Virus record (IMG/VR): IMGVR_UViG_3300025098_000012
Span: 124,001 to 188,000 of that record
Length of the DNA stretch: 64,000 nucleotides
Strand: one strand, 5' to 3'
This document shows, piece by piece, positions 39,329 through 46,943 of this stretch. Both the position numbers and the translations under genes were made by a program. The notes under the pieces are model-generated. The model worked only from the letters and a program-made list of their open reading frames with translations. It was not told the DNA's origin and searched no databases. Each line of letters starts with the position of its first letter. The stretch's first letter is position 1.

Positions 39329-40522
39329 TTAAATAGATACCATTCCTTTTACCATCTTGCTAAAATCCGATAGCGAAAGTTGTTTCTTAGGCGGTACTTT
39401 ATCCACCTGTGGTTCTGAAACAGCGATTTTTTCTTCAGAAATTGCTTGATGCACTTGTAGGGTTTGTACACCGCCGATCTTCCACTTCAACAAATCACAC
39501 TTGAACATACCACCTGTCGGTCTAATCGGACGACTCGCTAAACTGTCTGCAAGACTTAATAAAGGCATACCATACTTATCCCAAATCTCTTGCAAAAGAG
39601 GTCTGTTCCAATATGGGGGTGGCACACCTGCCTTCATACCTAGAGAAATAGCAAACATACACGCAGATTGCAACCTGTCATAAGCAATACCCACAGGAGT
39701 CGATTGCAATAACTCATCGACCAAGCTCAAAGACTTAGAGTTGTCACTCAACAAGAGCTGACAGATAACATCATTACGATCTACATGGAGATATGCCCTC
39801 ACACCTAGTAGACCCACCACACCCTCATTCGAGGAAGCTACACCCTCAATCGCTTTTAAAGCATCTCGAATATGACCCTCTGTGAAGTCAGCTATTAAAA
39901 CCAACGCTTCACGCTCATACTCGAAGCCTTCCCACTCACACACCTTTTGTAAGCGATCTGCTATTTCTTCTGAGTCCACATGGCGAATGATGAACGCAGG
40001 AGCACACCTACTCAACACAGTCTGTCTCATCTTCTCTGGTTCGGTAGTGGCAAATATACAGACGAGCTTCTTATCGAAGCTACCCCGATCATTCTCCTCC
40101 ATCGGCTTCAATAGAGCATCGAGTGCATCCTTAGATAACTGATGGGCCTCATCAAAGAGGTAGAGCTTCTTCTTCCCCGAAAATGAAGAATACCCTAGTT
40201 CCTCTAAGAGCTTCTTCACATCTGCTTTACCACTATTCGTAGCCGCATCTACCTCAATGAATGAGTCATGGCTACCTATTAACATCGCTTTACATGAATG
40301 ACATTCATCACAAGGCTCTCCATTAACAGGAGAGCCACACAATAAAGCACGAGCCATGATCCGACCTAGAGTGGTCTTGCCCGAACCATAAGGACCAGCG
40401 AATAGATAAGACTGTCTCCAACCTGCGTCTGACTTGACAAAGCCTTTGAGCGTTTGGATGGTAGCCTTTTGACCAAGCACATCGCTGTATGTTCTCGGTC
40501 TGTATTTGGTGTCTAAGGACAT
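39329..40522 (-). CDS. dnaX: DNA polymerase III gamma/tau-like clamp-loader ATPase
   Basis: LDTKYRP, GPYGSGKTT, CDECHSC, EVDAATN, DEAHQLS, SRC. Confidence 0.92.
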   Translation of the reverse strand: MSLDTKYRPRTYSDVLGQKATIQTLKGFVKSDAGWRQSYLFAGPYGSGKTTLGRIMARALLCGSPVNGEPCDECHSCKAMLIGSHDSFIEVDAATNSGKADVKKLLEELGYSSFSGKKKLYLFDEAHQLSKDALDALLKPMEENDRGSFDKKLVCIFATTEPEKMRQTVLSRCAPAFIIRHVDSEEIADRLQKVCEWEGFEYEREALVLIADFTEGHIRDALKAIEGVASSNEGVVGLLGVRAYLHVDRNDVICQLLLSDNSKSLSLVDELLQSTPVGIAYDRLQSACMFAISLGMKAGVPPPYWNRPLLQEIWDKYGMPLLSLADSLASRPIRPTGGMFKCDLLKWKIGGVQTLQVHQAISEEKIAVSEPQVDKVPPKKQLSLSDFSKMVKGMVSI

Positions 40523-40597
40523 CTTCTCTCCTCTCGTATAGGTACATATACCTTTATACTATTTCGAGAAGATTTAAGACCCTTAGAAGGGATAAGA

Positions 40598-41077
40598 TTA
40601 AATAACCTCTATCATCCAACCACGACCTAGACCGCCACCAAAAGATCCACGAGATGTCTGTAAGTAATCTTTGATAGCATACGCTATATCAACATCACCC
40701 TCAAAGCGATCTTCCAAGTCATGAATACCTGCGTTCATATATATATCATCCATCTCAACGGGATGGCTTGCTTCTACTGCTAATGCAAAGTCAAAAAGAC
40801 TCACATTGCAAGACCAATGGTTATCTGGACAGATAAAGTTGATCTTTGATCTTTCTCCATTAGGGATGATGTTTACAACACATCGACCTGTTGCTTGGCT
40901 TTTGACCATTGAAAGTAGCTCTTGGACTGTCATCCTCTCCACTTCGTTTCTTGGTGATCCTGTAGAGATTGACACCTTGATCTTCGAGCTTGCTGTACGA
41001 TTTGAAGCTGTTTTGGACTCAAGTCGAGCAATCCTTTGCTCAAGGTCTTTGATGATTTCACTAGCAGATCTTCTCAT
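40598..41077 (-). CDS. Leader-family protein 6 (paralog of 29213-29710)
   Basis: MRRSASEIIKDLEQRIARLESKTASNRTAS; shared C-terminus AYAIKDYLQTSRGSFGGGLG. Confidence 0.85.
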   Translation of the reverse strand: MRRSASEIIKDLEQRIARLESKTASNRTASSKIKVSISTGSPRNEVERMTVQELLSMVKSQATGRCVVNIIPNGERSKINFICPDNHWSCNVSLFDFALAVEASHPVEMDDIYMNAGIHDLEDRFEGDVDIAYAIKDYLQTSRGSFGGGLGRGWMIEVI

Positions 41078-41183
41078 GGTTTTTCTCCATTGGTTTAAGG
41101 TTAAAGAGATCACTTATGAGAGGGTATAAATAAACTACAAATAAAGTACCATTAGCATGATGTTGTTTCCTCATCTGTCTCTA

Positions 41184-41456
41184 TTACCCGATCAGACTCT
41201 TGAAGATGCTTTTGTCGAGAGGCTTCATGGTGATCTCACCATTCTTCATAGTGGCTGATTGTGCATCAAGTACCCAAGCACCCTTCTCAGAAGGTACGAT
41301 TTGGATTTGATACTGCACCCCGTCCTCGTAGTTCATCTTCTCCTCAGAGAAAGAGGGAAGTGGAGTACAGAAGAGAGTCGGTGAGTTCCCATGTGGCAGA
41401 GCATTTACTGCCTCTTTTAGATCATTAAGAGTAGGGATGATAGTTGGTTGTAGCAT
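41184..41456 (-). CDS. Hypothetical protein
   Basis: 90 aa; class B motif and AAGGAG RBS. Confidence 0.6.
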   Translation of the reverse strand: MLQPTIIPTLNDLKEAVNALPHGNSPTLFCTPLPSFSEEKMNYEDGVQYQIQIVPSEKGAWVLDAQSATMKNGEITMKPLDKSIFKSLIG

Positions 41457-41579
41457 ATTTTCTCCTTATTGAGAGTGGAAGTTGGTGGGCTTCATTGCCC
41501 CGATACTATGATATAGATAAGGGGTTACACACCACATTCTCGGTATCATTCATATAAAGGGAATGGGAGACAAGACACC

Positions 41580-42701
41580 ATGCAAGTTAAAATAGAAAAC
41601 TACCAATCAATCAAACACGCTGAGTTTGAGGTCAAAGGTCTGACTGTCATTACAGGACCGAATAACACAGGCAAGTCTGCTTGTGCGAGAGCCATTGCAG
41701 GTGCTTTCTCTAACGCTAGGGGTTATTCTCATGTTCGCAAAGGTGAAAAGTCATCAAAAGTCTCCATCGACTTTGATGATGGCAACTCGGTCATTTGGGA
41801 AAAGGGAAAAGGGGTCAACAAATATGAGATCAACGGACAAAAGCTAGATAAGGTTGGATCAAAGACTCCCGATGAACTTGATGACTTAAACATTATTTCA
41901 GTAGATGTAGATGGAAAAACTGTCTGGCCTCAGATAGCTAGACAGTTTGAACAAATCTTCTTGCTTGATATGCCCCCTAGTGTCCTCTCTAGTGCCTTGT
42001 CTGATGTCAAGACGATAGAAGCCTTAGAGAAAGCCTCAAGTTTCTCTAGGAGCGAAACTAAGAGCCTTAATCAACGCATTAAGATTAAGCATGAGGACTT
42101 AGAGTATGAGCGTAAACGATTACCTAAGTTCAATGAACTGTCAGACGCAGAAAAAGCAATCAATCATATAAATGATCTTGAGGGGTCGATTAAGACCCTT
42201 GAAGAAAGAGTTAAAAAGCTAGAGGCAATCAAAGAAAAGAGAGAAAACCTTATGTTTCAAACACAGTTCGTATCTGCCTTGCAAAATGTACACTTTCCAC
42301 AGGTCAACCCACATGACTTCATGGGGATCAAAGACCTTGAGCGTATCCGTAGAGAAAAGAACCGACTAAGGATCATGGAAGGTATCGTAGGTGTCGGCTT
42401 AACATCATTCCCATCTTTGCCCGATGTGGAGGTCAAAGACCATAGACCACTTGAGCGAGTCTTGAATAAGCGTAAAGAGCTTGACCAAACAATCAAGTCA
42501 ATCTCTATGCTAGAGGTCGAACTACCAAAAGTAGATACCACTATCGAGAATGACCTCAAAATCGCTTCGGAACGCTTTGAACTGTTCAGTCGCATCTCTC
42601 GCACCGAACGAGAGGTAGAAAAGCTCACAGAGGAGCTTGACGCTATCAAATGCGAGATTGGTGATACTTGTCCTTTATGTGAACAAGGTATCGACCACTA
42701 A
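41580..42701 (+). CDS. SbcC/Rad50-like ATPase, N-terminal half only
   Basis: IENYQSIK, TGPNNTGKS, coiled coil, ends at CPLC zinc hook; no signature or Walker B. Confidence 0.8.
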   Translation: MQVKIENYQSIKHAEFEVKGLTVITGPNNTGKSACARAIAGAFSNARGYSHVRKGEKSSKVSIDFDDGNSVIWEKGKGVNKYEINGQKLDKVGSKTPDELDDLNIISVDVDGKTVWPQIARQFEQIFLLDMPPSVLSSALSDVKTIEALEKASSFSRSETKSLNQRIKIKHEDLEYERKRLPKFNELSDAEKAINHINDLEGSIKTLEERVKKLEAIKEKRENLMFQTQFVSALQNVHFPQVNPHDFMGIKDLERIRREKNRLRIMEGIVGVGLTSFPSLPDVEVKDHRPLERVLNKRKELDQTIKSISMLEVELPKVDTTIENDLKIASERFELFSRISRTEREVEKLTEELDAIKCEIGDTCPLCEQGIDH

Positions 42702-42755
42702 CTCACTTTGTCTCTTCTTTAATCACTTTGAGGACTGAGATTTCTAGCGAGTATA

Positions 42756-43286
42756 TTAAAATCTATACCCCATGCCATAGATCAAACCCCAAACCAAATC
42801 ACCATCTGGATTATATGGTGAGGTTGTCACCCCTGCATACATAGTGCTGTCTTCGTCTTTAACGAACTTCAAACGAAACGCACCCACAGGGAAGAACTGA
42901 CCATTAAGAGTAATCGTGTGTCCGACTGAAGCACCAACATCAAGACCTAAAGATTTCTTGTCAGAGATCTCATATCCTAATAACTCATAACTCGCACCTA
43001 GCATAAGACTAGGTGGTGTCTGAGACTCTACAAGTAAACCTTCCTCTGTAAACCTTTTGTTAGAGGAGGTAGGTAGATTGAACACAACCCATAATGCAAA
43101 GTTCTCATACATCTTACGAGATAAGATGAATGTGGCAGAGTTCGTAGGTACAGGTATTGAACCCTCTTCGTACCCACCGATGAACATTTGCGTTGTGCCT
43201 AGACTCACTTCCCAGTTATTCTCTTCAGCGTGAGAAATCGTAGAGGTGAGCAAGAAAGATAAGAGTAAAGCGATAGTAAGTCTCAT
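42756..43286 (-). CDS. Outer-membrane beta-barrel protein
   Basis: Signal peptide (…ISHA/EE), alternating hydrophobic strands, C-terminal YGMGYRF beta-signal. Confidence 0.7.
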   Translation of the reverse strand: MRLTIALLLSFLLTSTISHAEENNWEVSLGTTQMFIGGYEEGSIPVPTNSATFILSRKMYENFALWVVFNLPTSSNKRFTEEGLLVESQTPPSLMLGASYELLGYEISDKKSLGLDVGASVGHTITLNGQFFPVGAFRLKFVKDEDSTMYAGVTTSPYNPDGDLVWGLIYGMGYRF

Positions 43287-43344
43287 GGTGTCTCTCCTTT
43301 ATGGATAAAAGACACCGATAAAGAGACTATTAATCCCTAGATAC

Positions 43345-43385
43345 GAAAAACCCCCCCCAAAATCTCAAAGGGAGATGAGGTTCTT
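43345..43385 (-). terminator. Intrinsic terminator
   Basis: Hairpin followed by a T-tract and GTATCTAGGG; homologous to the MCP terminator. Confidence 0.6.
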
Positions 43386-43393
43386 TATAGACC

Positions 43394-43801
43394 CTACAGG
43401 CTGTTTTTTGCTCTGCGAATAACAGCAGGAGATGAAAGTCGATCACCCTTATTAGCACCCTCAATGATAGCAACCCAAGCCTCAACTGGAGAACTCGCTC
43501 TCAACTTCTTCTGTAAAGCCTCTCCCCACACTTGAATGTCCTGTTTAGTCATTTTTTGTGACTTCCAAGAGATCTTCTCTGATCCACCTCTAGTGTATTC
43601 TAGCGTCATGGTAAACATAGCAATACCATTATCATCTTCAACTGTAGCTGAGTATCCTTCATCACTTTCTACAACACGACCCATAACGAGCGTAGAAAAT
43701 GCCTCCTCAGACCAAGAAAAAGCAAAAGGATTTGCTTGCTTTTCAAGACGGGCGATTCTCATCTCAAGATTTCTGATTACTTCACTAGCTGATCTTCTCA
43801 T
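43394..43801 (-). CDS. Leader-family protein 7
   Basis: MRRSASEVIRNLEMRIARLEKQAN; full conserved promoter/UTR. Confidence 0.85.
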   Translation of the reverse strand: MRRSASEVIRNLEMRIARLEKQANPFAFSWSEEAFSTLVMGRVVESDEGYSATVEDDNGIAMFTMTLEYTRGGSEKISWKSQKMTKQDIQVWGEALQKKLRASSPVEAWVAIIEGANKGDRLSSPAVIRRAKNSL

Positions 43802-43892
43802 GTTTTTTCTCCATTGGTTTTTGGTTAATGAGATCACCTATGTGAAGATATAAATAAACTATTGAAATCCCTAGATACAAAAAAACCCCATC

Positions 43893-44804
43893 TCACTCCA
43901 CACCAAACTTAACCATCCAACGACCAATCGTACTCGCACCCACATCAAGATACTTGGCAATCCTACGCTGACTCCAACCCTTACTCCTTAAGTCCTCTAA
44001 GATGCCTTTGTCCATCTTCTTCTTGATAGCATTGTTGCGACCTTGAAAACCAAAGTCCAACTTGTAAGACATACAATCGGGTACATGAGGCTTAATGATC
44101 TCAATGAAACGATCAGCGTTATCACCCTTAAAGTGAAACTCTCCTGCCTCCCCTTTTTTATGTGTCCAGTTAGGAGCTAAACCAAACTTCTCAAAGATTA
44201 AGTAAGCGTTAGCTCGACTCCCCTGTTTTGCTCCAAAACAAATCTGAGGCCAATGTCCTGCATTACCATCATCGAGATACCACATAGCCAAAGCTAACTC
44301 ATCTACTTGGTCTATAACATCAGACTTAACAACTTTCCAACCCTTATCCCTATCCTCATAGAACAAGTCTCGATACTCATTAAGCATTGGGTGAGCGTGG
44401 GTGCGAAAGATATATGAGGTAAAATCTCGGCTCTTCGCTGTGGTTAACTCACCACTTGACCATTTGCCCCACTTCTCTTGCTTCCACTCAAGATACTCTT
44501 TCTGATTCGGTGCGTGTCGTTCCTCATAGTGTGAAGCGTTCGTTCTAAAGGCAATACGACCGTCACCTAGCATAGAACCAATAAGGATTGATCTTAACTC
44601 CCCCTCAATCTTTGGTAGCTCAAGACGATCATATTTAGCCACTGTCTCAATCTCATAGCGTAGTCTCCAACTACGGACACGCTTTATGCTTGAGTCAACA
44701 CCCTCAGAAATCAACAAATCGTTAATCTGCTCCTGTGTTAAGTATTGCTTAGTATAGAGGTCTTCAAAACGCTCTTTAGATATAGGGCATGGTATCGCTC
44801 TCAT
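43893..44804 (-). mobile_element. Free-standing LAGLIDADG homing endonuclease with terminal HTH segments
   Basis: LIGSMLGDG and LAMWYLDDG motifs; C-terminal WSQRRIAKYLDVGASTI HTH. Confidence 0.88.
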
Positions 44805-45118
44805 AACCAACCACCCCCTAGATCCTCTTTTCCTGTCAGCAACCAATATACTGTCGCAATCATAAAAAGAGTCATACAGATAAGAAAGTACACAAATCCT
44901 ACGATAACAAGTACCCCAATAGAGTTCAAGTTGAGATCAGAAAAGACAAAACCCCAAAAACCTTCCCAACTGAAGTAGCCAAGTAGCCCCCCTATGACGA
45001 ATCCTGTTAAACAAGTCATAAAGACAGACAAGTACAGGCTACACAAAGTAAGGAGGAACTTCCCTACCTTATGTACTAGGAAGCATACCCTGTTGAAGAT
45101 GCGTTCAAAAGCGTTCAT
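44801..45118 (-). CDS. Membrane protein, ATGA-coupled to the endonuclease
   Basis: Two to three hydrophobic segments. Confidence 0.6.
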   Translation of the reverse strand: MNAFERIFNRVCFLVHKVGKFLLTLCSLYLSVFMTCLTGFVIGGLLGYFSWEGFWGFVFSDLNLNSIGVLVIVGFVYFLICMTLFMIATVYWLLTGKEDLGGGWL

Positions 45119-45120
45119 AA

Positions 45121-45187
45121 TGACCTCTTTAGGTTCTTGTGTGGTTGGTTGTGTTCCATTTGTACCACTATGAACCTAAAGAGGTCA
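45121..45187 (-). promoter_or_regulatory. 16-bp perfect inverted repeat sequestering the RBS of 44801-45118
   Basis: tgacctctttaggttc / gaacctaaagaggtca. Confidence 0.7.
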
Positions 45188-45208
45188 AGATTTATTTCCC
45201 CTAGATAC

Positions 45209-45243
45209 AAAAAAACCCCATCTCCCGAAGAAGATGAGGTTCT
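45209..45243 (-). terminator. Intrinsic terminator after the major capsid gene
   Basis: CCTCATCTTC-TTCG-GGAGATGGGG stem with cUUCGg loop and a T-tract. Confidence 0.85.
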
Positions 45244-45303
45244 TTCTAAGTACCTCTTACACCTACTAAGTAGGCGAATGTACAAGCATTGTTATCTTAA
45301 AGA

Positions 45304-46182
45304 TTAACGCTGTACAGTAAGACGAGCAAGACCACGAGGGTTGTAAGCTCCGATACCCAAGTTTTCAAAGACACTGAAGCCGATTGTACGAGCTTTAGGA
45401 TCGTCAGCAGAAAGGACGGTCAACTCGGTACGAACAGGGATACGACCAAACATCTCTGGCTCACAGCAGACATAAACAGTTCCAACAGGAACAAGTCGGC
45501 TAGTGATGATCTGAGCACCCCAAAGGGTAGCCTGTAGACCAGTCTTGAGAAGTGCCGCTTGGCTCTCGATGTCGAGAATGTCACGACCGAACTTACGGAT
45601 GTCAGCGTAATCACGAGCATTCATGAATACACGAGCAACACGAAGGTCATGACGCTCAATGAGGCTGTATGCGTCAGCAAGAACAGCACCATTAAGAGGA
45701 GCGATAACAGGAATGTCAGCGTTAGTCTGACCTGCAACGCTATCAAATCCGTTAGCCGCAACTGCATCAAGGATAGCGAATACACGCTCGTCCTCAGCCG
45801 CTTGGATTTGAGCACGAGCAAGATCCTGAGCACGCTCGATAAGGTCGAACCTACGCTCTTTGATCTGTGTGAGTGGGATCTCTGGGTTAGAAGCGATCTC
45901 AAACAATGGGAAGATAACCCTGCGTGGCTTGGTGATAGCAAGGATGTTCTCACCCTCTTCACCAACTACGAAAGCAGTCACATCGGGATCTTTGTCGTAG
46001 ATAGGTAAAGCACCATCTGGAAGTTGCTCGACTAAGAAAGTCTTACGACCAACAGAGGTGTAATCTCTACGAAGGCGAAGTGGTTGAGTCATTGAAGCGG
46101 CGAGCTTCGCACGACCCTGTGGAGTCTTAATGTAGTCAGAAATGATCTTCTGTTTTACGGCATTATCAACTGTATTACTCAT
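45304..46182 (-). CDS. Major capsid protein (HK97-like)
   Basis: 292 aa; ends the protease-scaffold-decoration run; LWGAQIITSRLVP P-domain-like motif; strong terminator. Confidence 0.85.
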   Translation of the reverse strand: MSNTVDNAVKQKIISDYIKTPQGRAKLAASMTQPLRLRRDYTSVGRKTFLVEQLPDGALPIYDKDPDVTAFVVGEEGENILAITKPRRVIFPLFEIASNPEIPLTQIKERRFDLIERAQDLARAQIQAAEDERVFAILDAVAANGFDSVAGQTNADIPVIAPLNGAVLADAYSLIERHDLRVARVFMNARDYADIRKFGRDILDIESQAALLKTGLQATLWGAQIITSRLVPVGTVYVCCEPEMFGRIPVRTELTVLSADDPKARTIGFSVFENLGIGAYNPRGLARLTVQR

Positions 46183-46204
46183 AATAAATCACTCTTCCTT
46201 TCTA

Positions 46205-46798
46205 TCAAATGCGTTGGTCGTATACCAACTCATCAGAAGTTGAGTCGGGAGCGATTTTAAGAATACCGATAGTAGTAGTATCAGTATGAGCGTTTGCGTT
46301 TCCTGTCTCAGTAGTCAAGAAACCATTACGAGAAGCAACAAGTGAAGCACCTGGAACATATGCTTGAGTCAAAGCTCCACCACCGTTGTCAATACGGATT
46401 GTCTCATAAAGAAGGTTTGCGTAAGTACCTTGTGCAGAAACATAAGGTCCTCGGTTTGACGCAACACCTGGTTGGTTTTCAAAAGCATTGCCCGAAGCAT
46501 TGTTGATGAAAACACCAAGTACACGCTCAGTTGCAGGTGCAACAGCCTGTGAAGGCCCACCATGCTCATTAGCAGTACCACGAGTAAAAGCGATAGAACC
46601 ACTAAGTACACCGAGTACATTTGTTAAAAGTCCAGGAGCGGTGGTAGTATCACCGTTACCTGCAAAATCTACGGGGTTAGACTGAGTGAAAGCACTGCTG
46701 TGTAGTTGACCTACAGTGTTACGCACACCAACATGGAGGATACGCAACGCAGAGCTTGACTCTGTAAAACCACCACTAGCTTGTCCAAGTAGAGCCAT
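46205..46798 (-). CDS. Capsid decoration/cement protein
   Basis: Gly/Ala/Thr-rich beta protein directly upstream of MCP. Confidence 0.6.
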   Translation of the reverse strand: MALLGQASGGFTESSSALRILHVGVRNTVGQLHSSAFTQSNPVDFAGNGDTTTAPGLLTNVLGVLSGSIAFTRGTANEHGGPSQAVAPATERVLGVFINNASGNAFENQPGVASNRGPYVSAQGTYANLLYETIRIDNGGGALTQAYVPGASLVASRNGFLTTETGNANAHTDTTTIGILKIAPDSTSDELVYDQRI

Positions 46799-46943
46799 GA
46801 GATTTCTCCTATTTAGCTCGTACTCTCTGTTTTCAAGAGAGTAGTGTTGTGTTGAAATAGGGTGGTCTTACAACCAACCCCGAAAAGGTTTTCCAATATA
46901 ATAGCGTCAGATATAAATAAACTATTACAAGTTTATCTATATC

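Noticed and set aside
43893-44804. Group I intron around the LAGLIDADG gene
   Set aside because: No interrupted host gene on either side; the flanks are a complete ORF and a terminator fragment.
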